From Lama guanicoe (taxonomy: Eukaryota), in assembly GCA_013239625.1 (NCBI GenBank), contig MU053472.1:310001-374000 (forward strand): DNA of 64,000 nt, given 5' to 3'. A program made the translations under genes and the position numbers. Under the pieces are notes generated by a model that was not told where the DNA came from, searched no databases, and saw nothing but the letters and a program-made list of their open reading frames with translations. This document shows, one piece after another, positions 50,701-64,000 of the stretch; the first letter of the stretch is position 1; every line of letters starts with the position of its first letter.

Positions 50701-51139
50701 TAATATAAAAATATCAAACACCTAGCCCCAACTCAAGAACATTAGTTTACGTTCTTTTTCCAAAATTATTTCTCTTACAGGGTACATTGATTGGGAACAT
50801 TAAAACTAAGCTCCACAGTGTAGGTTCTATTATATTTCTTAAAAAAATTTTTTTTAATGTTTTAAAGGAATCCCCTAAATAGTGATAATGGGGCGGCAGG
50901 GGGATGAGTAGAGGGGAGAGAATAACTACCACATCAGTAGTTCTCTATTGTTTAATGGGAGAAAAGAGGTTAGGTCTTTGCAAACAACTCAGAAACACAG
51001 AGTGTCCTTGGCAGACAGCTCTCCAAGGAGAAGAGAGATGCACTGGAAGTGTCATGAGCTGGCACTTAGCTGTCAGTTCATTGAAGAAGGGTGATATAAT
51101 GACAGCATTTCAGTGCTCTTGCTTTGATTGAGGTGTTGG

Positions 51140-52866
51140 GGATTTTTTTTAAGTATAATGGATTTACAATGTTGTGTTCATTTCTGATGTACAGCATAGC
51201 GATTCAGTTATACATATATTCTTTTTCATTAAATGTGATTACAAGATAATGAATATAGTTTGCAGTGTTTTACCATAGGACCTTGTTGTGTGTCTATTTT
51301 ATATATTGTAGTTAGTATCTGCAAATTCTGAACTCCTAATTTATCCTTCCCTTCCCCCTTTCCTCCCTGGTAACCATAAGTTTGTTTTCTATGTCTGTGA
51401 GTCTGTCTCTGTTTTGTAAACAAGTTCATTTGTATCATTTTTTTTGAGATTCCACTTATAAGTGATATCATATTTGGCTTTCTGACTTACCTTATTTAGT
51501 ATGATAATCTCTAAGTCCATCCATGTTGCTAAATGGCATTATTTCACTTTTTATGGCTGAGTAGTATTCCATTGTGTGCCCATGCACGCGCACACACACA
51601 ATTTCTTTATCCAGTCATCTGTCAGTGGACATTTAAGTTGCTTCCATGTTTTAGCTATTGTAAATAGTGCTGCTATGAACACTGGGGTGAATGCTGTCTT
51701 TTCAAATTAGAGTTCTTTCCAGATATATGCCCAGGAGTGGGATTGCTGGATCATATGGTGCATCTGTATTTAGTTTTTTAAGGAACCTCCACACTGTTTT
51801 CTATAGTGGCTGCACCAAACTGTGTTCCCACCAGCAGTGTAGGAAGGTTCTCTTTTCTTCACAACCCCTCTAGCATTTATCATTCGTGGACTTTTTAATG
51901 ATGGCCATTCTGACCAATGTGAGGTGATATCTCACTGGTGTTTTGATTTGCATTTCTCTGATAATTAGTGATACTGAGCATCTTTTCCTGTGCCCATCGG
52001 CCATTTGTATGTCTTCACTGGAGAAATGTCAATTTAGATCTTCTGCCCATTTTTTGATTGGGTTGGGTTTTTGTTGTTGTTGTTATTGCGTTGTGTGAGC
52101 TGTTTGTATATTCTGGAAATTAAGCCCTTTTCAATCGCATTGTTTGCAAATACGTTCTCCCAGTCCCTAAGCTGTCTTTTTGTTTTGTTGATGGTTTCCT
52201 TTGCTGTGCAAAAGCTTGTAAGTTTTATTAGATCCCCCCCCCTTTTTTTGCATTTATTTCTATTGCCTTGGGTGACTGCCCTAGGAGAACACTGCTATGA
52301 TGTATGTCAGAGAACGTTTTGCCTTTGTTCTTTTCTAGGAGATTTATGTCCTGTCTTATGTGTAAGTCTTTAAGCCATTCTGAGTTTATTTTTGTGTACA
52401 ATGTGAGGGAGTGTTCTAACTTCATTGATTTACATGCTGCTCTCCAGTTTTCCCAACACCACTTACTGAAGAGACTGTCTTTTCTCCATTGTATATTCTT
52501 GCCTCCTTTGTCGAAGATTAATTGACTGTAAGTGTGTGGGTTTATTTTTGGGGCTCTCTTAATCTGTTCCATTGATCCATATGTCTGTTTTTGTGCCAAT
52601 ACCAAGATGTTTTGATTACTGCAGCTCTGTAGTATTGTCTGAAGTCTGGGGGGGTTATTCCTCCAGCTTTGTTCTTTTTCTTCAGTACTGCTTTGGCAAT
52701 TCTGGGTCTTTGGTAATTCCGTATAAATTTTAGGGATTATTTGTTCTGTTCTGTGAAAAATGTCCTGGGTAATTTGATAGAGATTACATTAAATCTGTAG
52801 ATTGCTCTGGGTAGTATGGCCATTTTAACAATATTAATTCTTACAATCCAAGAGCACGGGATATCT
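51140..52866 (-). mobile_element. ~1.7 kb 5'-truncated L1 (ORF2 3' part plus 3' UTR)
   Basis: ORF 52228..52605 ([34 protein letters not shown]) is L1 ORF2; the 3' UTR resembles that of 17191-17721. Confidence 0.92.
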
Positions 52867-55800
52867 AAGAAAGCGTTGGTTTCTTAAAACAACTTCTCCT
52901 TTCCACACTTCTTAAGATGCTACTTTTGTTCAATGTAACTCTGGACTAAGGCAAGATTCTTAGCAAGCCATCTGGAAGCTTTTTTGCCACATAAGACCTC
53001 TGGGGAAACCAGAGCAAGCTAAAAAACAGTGTGGCTTGGTTAAGAACATGAAATTAGTTCAACCAAATGTCTAGTTTGTTGTCACAGAAATCCATCCACT
53101 GTGCTCCAAAGTAGGAAATAAGTGCATCAGACTTAATTGTCCAACCCTGAAAGATACAAAACAAATCTGAGCTGGCAAAGGTTAACCAGGACTTTCAAAG
53201 ACACGGGGAGGTGTGGTGATATTCAGGGCTACATCTAATGAACCACATTTTTTGTAGTTTTCAGTTTGGGGTTTTAAACTCCTTAATGATCACTTTCTGC
53301 ATCCTTATCTCAACTTCCTTATTCCTACTCTTAACAGGAAAGGGGGCCCAGTACACAATGCATACCAAGCAAGTAACTCATAGTGACAAAGGAATTTTAA
53401 CATCAGACGCAAGACACTCATCCTTCCCTCAAATACCTGTCTCTTGATTTGTAAGCCAGGTCAGTCAAATCAAAGGGCAGTTCATACTCTCATCCCAGCA
53501 AACCTCAGCTGAAAGAAGCCATGGCAGCAGCAAACAATGAACAGAGAAAGAACTCTCTCCTATTAGATACAGAAACTGGCTTTCCAGGCTTCTCAGAAAT
53601 TATTCACCTGTCCCTACCCACCACCCTCAAAAGCAGCATACTAAATAACACTCAGTTCCAACGCATGTTTCGTAGATAGAATATTTATGTTCCAAAATAC
53701 TCCCGTTAAATGCTCTTCACTATTGCTCTCTCCCCCAAGTTCAGTGTCTCCATCAGCATGACCATCCCTGTCCTATCCAGGATGCTCTGACCCTGACTGC
53801 ACTCTGAGATCCTGCTCAGTATCACTTATATTTCACTCAATGGCTGATTATTTTGTCTGATTCAAGGGAAATTCTTTGTCCCAGCTGGGCTACCTCTTCT
53901 ACACAAGGTCACAGACATGGCAGTGTCCTACTGAGCCAGAGGTGGTCCTCTCTGGCAGACAGGGGAAAGGTTAAACACATCTGGCTAAGCACACTGGAAA
54001 GGAAAGCAAAGCTTCCAGATCAGTACCTCCTGAATTAAACTAATTTTTAGAAATTCATACAAAAAGCCAGGTACATGTTAAGTTGTGGAAAAGCTTCTTG
54101 TGTTAACAGTAAAAGTATGTATCTAGAAGGTATCCACAAAGACAGCCTTAAAAATGAGAGAGATTTGAGAATGCTGTTTAGAACACAGTACCACTCTCCT
54201 GCCCAGAGACCAGGGGAAGTGTTTTGGAGTACGTGAACGAGTTAGTTTTTTCATGCTTCTCTTTGTAGTTTGGGTCTGATTCATCACACTGGAAATTTTA
54301 GTGCTTATTACATATCTGCACGTTTCCTAAAGCTGGCATGACTTACCAACTAGAATTCTGTTCCTGACGAATGTCACTGGTCTTCTCTCCTTCCCAGGGA
54401 ACTACAAGCTGAGGATCACGTTCCTCTAAACTACGAAGCTTGTTCTTGTCACTGAGCAAGGACTGGTTCGTTAAGTTCAGATTTAAAAAGGGGGGTAGGG
54501 GTGGAGGGGAATTGTAAACAGTAAAAGGATAAAAACTGGAACTCAAGAAGAAATAAATCATAAATAGTTAGTTGGTCTTACAGAGACAGTCAAGGTCTTT
54601 GAGCAAAGAGAAGGGTCATTACACGGAAAGAAATTTGTTCTCTATTTCCCACCACTGGCAAGGATGGATATGCATAAAATTCCAGCATGAGTCTTTAATG
54701 TTAGATTGAAATAAAAATTCCTAACAGCTAAAGGTCTTTATCCATGTTGTTGAGTTTCAGAGTAAACTCTCCTTCTTCAGAGATGATCTGGACCAAGAAA
54801 GAAAGACCTATATTAGTCTAGCTGGTTTATGGCCAATACCGTCCAGCAGAAAAGGGGAAGAATGGAATATTCTTTGAAAAGCCCTTGCTAGTTCTGGATT
54901 TTTAGTAACAAGGAGAAATTTCCTTTGGTGACAGGAAGGAAGGAACATTATGCTACATCAAACATCAGCAAGTGCTTTTCTATTATAACGGCAGAAAGAC
55001 TCAGCGACTCCTTTCAAGAGAACTCCTCACCCAAAATTATGGCTTGATCTTTGAGAAACCCACTAGAGAGTCTAGGTCTTAAATCTTGCAAAGTTGGGTT
55101 TACCAAAACAGTAATAATCCTACTTTCTAAAATCCAGTCATTTGAAACTACAGCCTTATTTTTCTGTCACTATTTTCAACTACGCCATGTTCCTCAGCAA
55201 ATATACTGATTCCCCAATCAGTTTTTCAGACTTAAACTCATTTCAAGGTTTCTATCAGACTGTCCCACCATCCTCCCACTCCTAACTACCACAGCTGCCC
55301 CTTGTGTCCTAGCCAACTAAATCTCCTGGCACCATTTTCCTTTTCCCCATGGCTGCCTCCACACCCTCCTCCACCTACTACGTCTGGAACAGTCTCCCAC
55401 TTCCATTTGCCATTTTATTTCTCTCATCTCCATCTTAATATTTTGTCTCAAAAGCTCACCTCTACGAGGAAGCCTTCCTTAATCAAGATTAAGGATTCCT
55501 TAGACTACAGCAGACATCACCTGACACTGATGTCTAACGCATTTTTAGAACAGGACTTACCTTTCAAGGATAAGACGCAATCCCTTTATAACCAACTTGG
55601 AGTGATGCTGGTGGCAGAACACGTTTTCTAAGAGACAGGACTATGCAAAGAAAAGAGACCCCTTTTAAAGCCACTCTTTTAAAAGACTGAAGTCCTTTAT
55701 TCTAATTTCCTCTGTTCCTAAGAGCTTCCTTTTCATTTGTGACCTCCTAGGTGAAGTCTACTAGCAAACAGCATGCATATGTACATCAGTCAGAAAGTTT

Positions 55801-56580
55801 GAGCAGGTACTTCCAACAAACCATGTAATATTTGACTTAAGACATTTTGAATGTTGAAGGAATTAAAGAATCAGTCAGCTACTGGAAATAATCTGTGTGG
55901 ATTCTGAAGCATTTCTATATAACTTTGCTTCTCACAGAGAGGAGGTAACCCTGACTCTGGGCCTGGCTTCTTACTGTGCAGAAAGATTTAAGGACCAAGT
56001 TTCAGATGTGACAGGGTCACTCACTCTCATTTTTTAGTGTTCCCTATATGAAAATGCTTTGCTTTTGTTTTAAAAGTAGACTTTCTTGCAGGCTAGCCTT
56101 TCACCATTGAGAAATTAGGGTTCAGGTCTCAATCCAAGCAAAGCTGGGTTAATTGCATCATCTCCATCCCCAGGGGCCTGGTATCCTGGGAAGCCCAGGG
56201 TAAGAACAGGGTGAGCCCAGGACACACGTGTTAGCAGAGACAGTGCAGCGTGATGAGGCGGGCATCCGACACCCAAAGTGTGCTTTAGTTACCAGAATAT
56301 TTGACACACCCACAAATTAAGTAGGAAAACATTTTAATCCATTAATTCTAAAAATAACACAGATGTTTTATATCCGGTACCACCCCTTCAAAAGTCTACT
56401 GCAGATTAGACAGTAAGACTGCAAATTACAATGCCAGACATTAAAGTTCAAGATGCAGTTTGGGAGAAGACAATCATGGGGAGATTTTCCTCCTCTTTGC
56501 TCATAAACATAAGTTGTTGGCTTAAAAAAAAAATCCTCAGACAGAAAGAGAAGGCTTCCTCATGCTCTATAACCTTTCTC

Positions 56581-56586
56581 TTTATT
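56581..56586 (-). terminator. Candidate TADA2A poly(A) signal AATAAA (ATTAAA alternative at 56333-56338)
   Basis: TTTATT on the + strand, about 420 nt after the stop codon. Confidence 0.5.
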
Positions 56587-57008
56587 TTAAATCTGTCTGT
56601 AACATCTGCAGGCAAAACAGATAGTCAGAAAACCAACCTCCCAAGCAAGTACAAGGATCTGAGCTGGGCTCCTGGGACGAAGGATGGGTTTAGTTCTATT
56701 TCTACCAACACTGTGATGTGAGGTACTATGGTGCTTGTTTTAGTTACAAGAGGTGTTAGGAATGAATGCCCACACACAATTAATAATAGCTTATCTAGCA
56801 CATAGCTCCGCGGCACGATACCAGCAACGGGCGTATCTGGAAGCAGGGCGGAGGAGAAAGTAGACATGAGTACAACTTAAGGTTTCCTTTGTTCTTCCCC
56901 TCTTTCCACAATGAGACTTCAGCTCAGAAACGAAACTCCAGAATGCCCTGCTGTCCTCTGGCCTACCACACTCCACACTTGTGATCTCTGCTCCCGGCCC
57001 ATGGAGCC

Positions 57009-57194
57009 TCAGGCCTTAGTGATGTGTCCTTCTCGGATGAGGAAGTCATAGATTTTCCGGGTCTTGTTCACGTCTATCTTGATGAGTGCTCTTGCCTGTG
57101 CCAGTCTCAAGCCTCCTTGCTTGTTACACTCGTTCAGTAGAGCAGATTTGTATTCTAAATAGGCTCCCGGGACCAACCTCACCATCTGACAGAG
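57009..57194 (-). CDS. TADA2A: Transcriptional adaptor 2A last coding exon, SWIRM domain (LCQMVRLVPGAYLEYKSALLNECNKQGGLRLAQARALIKIDVNKTRKIYDFLIREGHITKA*)
   Basis: gtcttgcag|CTCTGT...GCC TGA; matches the recalled ADA2a C-terminal SWIRM domain. Confidence 0.96.
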   Translation of the reverse strand, partial: LCQMVRLVPGAYLEYKSALLNECNKQGGLRLAQARALIKIDVNKTRKIYDFLIREGHITKA

Positions 57195-58696
57195 CTGCAA
57201 GACACGGCAAATTTAATAAACATCAACACCTGTCACTCTCATAATTTAATCCAGCAGGTATAGCCCAAATAAAATTTAAAAAGTGGTATCAACCTCCAGC
57301 TATTTAAAGCAGCTGCTGGGTGGCCGACCACATTCCACCTTGTCTCCGCTCTGGAGAGAACACTCTATGCAGACAGACAGAAGAGCGCAGAGTGTGATGC
57401 CGGGGGCGCGTTCAGCGCACGTCGGCTGGCTCACTGGGGTTCGTCAGGGAATACAAGTGTGCGTCCGGGGAGCAGCCCAGGGTAGAGGCCTGGCACATTC
57501 CAGCACAGATGGTCAGAGAGGAGTCACAGGGCAGGGTGGGGGCGGGGCTGCAGATGCCTGGATTCCCAAGTGTGAATCACATTACTTTCAGTATCAGCAT
57601 GAATCTGTAGTCTCTGCTTTTGTGATTACGTTTCCTACTTTGGAGGGAGAGGTGATATACAGAGACCTTGCTAAGAGGCCACTTTAACTGGTAAAAGTCT
57701 AGAACGCTGGCTCAATTCCAGTTCATCGGCCATTATCCAGCAATGAACAGTCTGAGGTCACCATTTTGTGGGGAAGGATGAAAACTGCTTGAAACTCCAG
57801 GCCATTCAACACTTGGATCAGAATGGCAACACTTCTTCAGCAACACCTGGATATAACACGCATCCTTCTACTCCCAAATTAATCTCTACTGCTCCCACTG
57901 GGTAAAATAAAAGGCTAACACTAGCGCCTACTCCATGACTCTCCCTACTGTCTGACCTGACTACATGATTCAAGGTGGCAGAAGAGGACACTGGTCTTGG
58001 AAACTGTGAGAGGGACACAGGAGGAACAAAAGGGGAATTTCTCTTTTGGAAGGGACTTCAGAGCTGTGGCACATTCTTTTGAAAACGCTTGATCATGACT
58101 CTTTTGAGGCTGGATTTAAAGTTTAGAAACAGCCAAAAGTAACAGGAAGACACATCTGATGACTATAAAGGAAAAGAAAAGTAGGCCATGGCTTTTTTAA
58201 TCAAAATTACTGTGTGACTATATATGATGGTGAGTTCTTTACGCTTATGCTTATGCGCTAGAGACAATTCAAAAATCTTTTAAGTGAGGGTCATATTGTT
58301 GGAATAAGTGTACAACTTCTGAAAGTGACCATTCTAATAGGAAGTAACTATTTTCTTGTAAGTTAGTTTAAGCTGGTAAAAAATCAAATTCATTTCCATG
58401 AAGCACTAGGGACAGTATCTAGCACGTGGTAAATGCTCAGTTAATAACAACTGCTATTATTTAGAGTTACATGTCTTATGTTCTCAGAAGACAACTGGTG
58501 GTGGGGTGATAAGGGAAGGAGTCTCTGAGACCTGCTGAGGTCAGCTCTTTAGTCCCAAGGCCTCTAGGATGGGCTAGAGCGGGACATGCATGTGTGTTAC
58601 ATGAACAGAGCAGATGGGTTTGACCCTGTAATGTGTTTTTAATGATAACTCAATGAATAACCAGCCCCTCCATTCAGTTCCCCTTCTTTTTGTTAC

Positions 58697-58770
58697 CTCC
58701 TTTTCTTTTTCATTCAACTTCTCTGTGCCAGGGAGGCCAGTGAGGTTCAAGGGTGGTGCACTTCGTCTAC
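58697..58770 (-). CDS. TADA2A: TADA2A coding exon (G-RRSAPPLNLTGLPGTEKLNEKEKE)
   Basis: tcaatag|GTAGAC...AAGGAG|gtaaca; 74 nt, phase 1-0. Confidence 0.95.
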
Positions 58771-60915
58771 CTATTGATACAGACAGAAAAAGGCATATAT
58801 TTCCTAAGAGTGACAATCCCTCAGGTGTAAAAAGTATAACAAATTTCATCAGTCAGGCCAGTTAGATATAAGATTACTAATCCAGCTGTAGGAAATCCCT
58901 ACCCATCACCTCAGGCCTCAGTTCAGCTAGCAACATGGGTGCTCCAATGTTCACTTGAAAATAAAAATGGGAAGTCATGTACCCATTGCTCTGACATAAT
59001 ACATATATCATCACACGTACCTTAGCGTCAGATATGACCGTTCTTCCTAACCCAGTAGGAGATTCTGAAATCTAAAGCCCAGAGGTCGCCCAGTTAAGAG
59101 AGGTCATGCACTGCCCACCTTGACAGCTGATGAATGGAAACAACAGCTCTGCAGGAGAGACATTTCCTAAGCCTTGCCACGCCGCCAGCAGTGAAGGCAA
59201 ACACGGTAATTAGCCAGGTACCACTCGCCCTGAGATCAAACGCAGAGTGCTAGGCCAGCAAAAGGCCCTTCTTATTTATTACGTGAGGGAATATCTGCTC
59301 CTTCCAAAGTAGCCCTGTTTACCTGGAAGATCCGCACAGAGGAACAATGAGCCACTATATGGCAAAGGAGAGGCTGAGGTGAACTCACGTGCCTGAGAGA
59401 GAAGCCCAAGTATGAGGTCACTGCCCAGGATGGGAAGCTTGATGTGCAAATTTTTTTTTGGTTTTGTTTTGAACGTACATTTGGAATTAGTGTTCAGCTG
59501 GAGATGAATGGACTGCGTTAAGCAGAAGAAAATGTAGAATTAATGCATTACGTTTTATGGGATTGATGGGGTTGCCTTTTAGGGGGTGGAGAGAAAAGGG
59601 GGGACTGCTATAGCCTTCTCTGCTATGAAACAGGCTTCTCTGTGGTGTCAAGAAAGGGGAGAAGGGCTTCCCCATAACTGACAGGCCTAGCCTTACCCTG
59701 AATGCTCAAAAAGGGAGGCTGCAATCATTCGGTGCCTCTCCAAAGTTACCAGAGGCTAAGTTACAACCAGGGATCCGGGCTTCTGACTTTGCTCTGACTT
59801 GGGAGCAACTCAGAGCATGAAGAGGAGCAAGGGATCTCCTCAGCCCAAATACCAGGGGCGAGGAAGGCTAAAATTCGCCCAGGAAGCAACAAAGAGTGTA
59901 TGCAATGGTTCAGAAAACACCAAATACCAAAGCTGCATAGTCATGTCAGTTCATTCATTTTCATTAGCCAGTATTAAGTTATTTGCATTTCTGTATTTAG
60001 ATTGGGGGGAGGGGTTGAACGTAAGAGACTTACGAAACTTCTTTGCCTAGTCCCGAAAAGATTCTCTTTTCTCCTTTAAGAAAAAACTACTTGAAACAAG
60101 GGAATAAATGGAAAAAAAAAATCCCTAAAGTCGCCTTTTCTGAGCTCTGTTTAGATCCTGAATCTGAAAGATTTTGAATGGGATCACAAGGTCTGTTTTT
60201 TTCAAGCTTCCAAAAAATGGTAAAACTGCAAACGGGTCATTTGACATGTCCAGTCTGTAATCAGTGGAGCCCTCTGTATGTTCTGATTAGGGGAAGTGGC
60301 TGATCTACCTTGTGAAGCAGGGGTGAATGATAACCAAGAGAACAGGCAAAGGAACACCACGACCTTGGCCCAGAGCTCTACAACTAACACCCCCCAACAA
60401 ACCACCACTCACTGATTACCAAGCCCCAACAGCAGGCAGCATATGGCTTAATCTTGCTTTCAAAATAGAACATACCCAAAGAGATAAAGAGAAGAAACAG
60501 AAATACCGTAAGTCTCCAACTTACAAAGAAAGCCTTGCTCTTCTGGCAAGTAACACGCCTCTTTGCTCATACAGGACACAAAGCCTTCAATTTATGCCCT
60601 GTGAAACAAATCTCCGAGTGTGCGGTAGACAGAACCACATAAACTAACTGCCTGTGGACAATGGTAAAACAGAGAAAACACCTGTGTGCAGTTCCTTCTT
60701 CCCCTGTCTCTGTACTCCAAACCTAAGGAAAATCCCTGTTTGGCCATGAAGATTCTAAAAACTTGCTGATGGTTATAAACTGGGATAACACTTATTATCA
60801 TTTCTTTGCCTAAGCACACAGCTCCCACAAAGGCAGAAGGGACTGTTGGGTCAGCACAATCCTAGAATGAAAATGTCACAATCAGGACTTGATCCAGCCT
60901 AAAAAAAATAATTAC

Positions 60916-60959
60916 CTGAATTCGAAGCCATTGGAACGGAAGGACTCAGGCCAGAATCA
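60916..60959 (-). CDS. TADA2A: TADA2A coding exon (I-DSGLSPSVPMASNS-G)
   Basis: ttcgttgtag|TGATTC...ATTCAG|gtaatt; 44 nt, phase 2-1. Confidence 0.93.
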
Positions 60960-61498
60960 CTACAACGAAAGAGAGGAATTTAAACTTCTGTCACATTAAA
61001 GAAAGCAATTTCTAAAAGCTCATGTGACACAGGGTGACATTTATCAGGACAGTTACTGTGAAGAGAAGTCATGAGACAGACTGCACTGTTTTACAGGACA
61101 TCCCCAAGTGTTCTAACCAGGAAGGGAAATCTGCTCCAGGGAAGGAAATCACTTGGATTTGGGCTGGCACATCCCGGAGACCACTCATGAGGAACACCAT
61201 TCTCCGATGAAAATCATACCAACAGATACGGAGGGAGAGAGGAGGCGTGGGGAGGGAATTCACTAATATAAAAAATAAGGTCAAAGTAGCAAAGTAGGGT
61301 TCCAGGAAACCAGCTCTGTTTCTCAGGACTGCCAGTGCGGGACTGTTTCTGAGACAGACTGCTCAAGTGTTCTCAGTTCCTGTAGCTGCCCGATCCTACT
61401 GCTCTGCCATGTAGGGCAGGGGCCCAGGGAAATGTCTGAAAACACATGTCAGGGCCAAACCCCCAGGAGGAGGCCCCTGCCCCGGACTAAGCACTCAC

Positions 61499-61631
61499 AT
61501 GTCAGCCTGCCTCCGGAGCCACTGCTGGCAGGCGCTGCTGTCCTGGATGTACTGCAGGACCTCGGAGAGCATGGTGCGCTTGAGGCGCTCCTCTTCCCGT
61601 GTCTTCTTGAGGTGGTCGTAGGTTCTGGCAC
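61499..61631 (-). CDS. TADA2A: TADA2A coding exon (S-ARTYDHLKKTREEERLKRTMLSEVLQYIQDSSACQQWLRRQAD-I)
   Basis: cacctgcag|GTGCCA...GACAT|gtgagt; 133 nt, phase 1-2. Confidence 0.95.
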
Positions 61632-63316
61632 CTGCAGGTGTGAAAAAACGCTGGGACCACAGTCACACTGCAACAGAACTAACAGGAGGGCCTCCAAACT
61701 GATCGGCAAACGGTGCGTCTTTTTAAAATTTCCTTTACAAAACTGCTTCTACAATTATTTTTCTAAAAAAGCAAAGTGATTTCCCCTAGTTTGAAATCCC
61801 CTTTTTTTGACAAGAAATGAAAATATTTGTATTCCTTTTCTACCTTTAAGAAATTGGGGGGGGACACCTCAAAACAGGAAAGTACAAAGAAGTAAGAGTT
61901 GCTCATATTTCTACCCCTAAAAGTAACTAACTTTTAATATTGTCATATTTACTACTTCTTGTTCTATTTTTATCTATGTGTATATTTCCCAAGCCACACA
62001 AGTGCTATACCCATACACCCTTCTTTAAAAACCAATTAGAATTACAAATAAAAATAAATCCTCACTGACCAGTACTATTCTTTTCCCCTCTTTCCCAGAG
62101 GCAGCCAATACCAGGAAACTGAAATCTGGTATCAGTCTTTAGGTGCATCTAGTAAACAGCTGCACAGTGTTTTCTACACGTTACAACGCTAAACAGGATC
62201 CAAAATACCATGTTCCGCAGAGCCCAGGACACCATGAAAATCTCTAAGGGATTCCCGTGAAGAGCAGAAGCACCACCACATACTGCTGGTCCAGGGTTCC
62301 ACACATCTCCTGAGCCGTCAGACTTCAACCAAACTAGTTCCACTTTTATCTTATTTACGGATTAGAGCTCCATATAAAATTTCATTTTGTAAACTGTTTT
62401 CATGGTTAAAAATAAAGATCCATTATTCTAGGCTGAACTTAACACCCACAGGGTTACTCCTGGTGGGTAGTGGGTGACAGCTTTCAACCAACAGGAAGGA
62501 GGAAATGCTACAGATCATTCCAGCAGCAACAAAGCAACAGAACCTGCCATTTACTGAGGATTTACTGTGTGCTATGCATGTTTTTCATGCATTACCTGTA
62601 ATTTAATCTTCACGCTACCTCTAAGAGACTTGGAAAATTGCAAATTTGAACAGAATTACAGATCTGGTAAACAGGAGAGCCAAAATTCAAACCCAAGCTG
62701 TCCAAGTCTAGCCCTCAGCTCTTAACTGCTATTAATACGCTGCCTTCCTTATGACCTGGCTCTTCTACGACTGTCTCGTTAAACCTTAGTTTCTTAATTC
62801 AATGAAAATAACAATACCTATCTTATAAGTCTGTTATGAGAATGAGAAGACACGACCCAGGTGAAGTGCCCAGGGTACGACCTGGTGCACAGTAAACTGC
62901 TGCTGCTGCTGTAATTGTCACTACCTCAGGGAACTGGGCTGCAAGCACCTGGAGCCAGCTGAAGCCTGGTTAACAAGAATGATCGGATTATGCATCACTA
63001 AATTTAAAAAGGCTGAGGCCGAAAATTAGAATACAAATTCTTTTTTTAAGAGGTCATAACACAATTCTAAATCTAAAGCAGCACCTCTCTTTTCTCTGTG
63101 TCATAACTTTTATTTCACCTCAGGTAACCCATATAATGGCATTCATAAGCATTAAACAGATGAAACTTCAGTGGAAAGATAAAAAACTTATTCTGAATAT
63201 TAAAGTATGAAAGCTTGTTTTAAAGAAAAAACTCCACAAACCTCAAACAGAGACATCCTCTGTGTGTTCGGAAGACTCCTGCCCTCTCAGCTAGTGTGTC
63301 GCTGAGGCATACTTAC

Positions 63317-63388
63317 TACAGAAATTGGTGATGCCTGCTGTCCTGTATTCCTGGAGCCTCTTGATTTCCCTTCGGAGTTCAAATTCCA
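63317..63388 (-). CDS. TADA2A: TADA2A coding exon (EFELRREIKRLQEYRTAGITNFC-S); gene continues beyond the window end
   Basis: gaacag|TGGAAT...TCTGTA|gtaagt; 72 nt, phase 1-1. Confidence 0.95.
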
Positions 63389-64000
63389 CTGTTCGTCCCC
63401 CCAAAAAACAAAGGAGAGAAATTGGAAAAACAAAATCAACATCAAATGTTGAATATTTTCAGTAACTCTGCCTTATATAAAAGACAGGGCAGTTCCATCT
63501 AGGGAATCCTACGTGTTGCTAACATCTCATTAGAAATTTTACCCAAGAGCTGACTAAAACACACTCCAGCTGTCTTTTGGCTTCTGTCTCCAGCTGGAGA
63601 AAACAGCTGGAATTGTCTCCTAGAAAATTTACACTGAACTGGCTGAACTCATTTAGCTACAAAAGTAATGAATATAACTTTTTAAACCATCAACTTTCCC
63701 CACTCTGTTTATTCTCTGTTAAAAGCTCTATCCACAAAACCAAATTCTTTCATGAAACCGGTCTCTGGTATTACTTGATGTGGCCCTTCTGCAAGGGAAG
63801 GACAAAAGCTTTTAGGACTCTGCTCAAGCCCTAGTTTCTTTACAGCTCTTCTCCTATAGGAACAAAAGAGCATTGTGTTTTCCATAAACCAAAGATTTCT
63901 GCCTCCTCTGAGCTCACCGATCAGGTTGCACTGCTTGGGTTATTATGCGACAGAACATTCAAATTTGGGTGCTTTGAAAGAGGGGATGAAGGAAGAGCCT

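Noticed and set aside
1..64000. Prokaryote-style novel system (operon, CRISPR array, defence island)
   Set aside because: The window is spliced mammalian gene sequence plus interspersed repeats; no such structure is present

Overview
Mammalian genomic DNA, most likely a camelid, judging from two copies of a tRNA-derived SINE of camelid (Vic-1-like) type. It covers the conserved SYNRG-DUSP14-TADA2A block. On the + strand are the last six coding exons of SYNRG (synergin gamma; 296-20543) and its 3' UTR. On the - strand are the complete DUSP14 gene (CpG-island promoter and non-coding exon 1 near 45.5 kb; whole 198-aa CDS in the last exon, 25170-25766) and the last five coding exons of TADA2A (63388-57009). 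All exons have AG/GT boundaries and consistent phases. The rest is intron or intergenic sequence rich in decayed transposons: a near-complete Tigger1, a ~5.6 kb L1, several L1 3' fragments, MLT1 LTRs, hAT MITEs, MIRs and SINEs. I found no evidence of a wholly new gene system, and most ORFs in the track are chance, antisense or transposon ORFs. The best leads are: (1) an ERV1/MER41-like LTR piece that looks retroposed by L1 (poly(A) tail plus long target-site duplication) into Tigger1 and carries YY1 and GAS motifs; (2) a 36-nt SYNRG cassette exon with downstream QKI and RBFOX motifs, inserted between the two halves of a putative zinc-binding motif; (3) a 4-codon uORF just before the DUSP14 start; (4) possibly overlapping convergent SYNRG and DUSP14 3' ends. 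Gene and repeat-family names come from recalled sequences, not from a database search.
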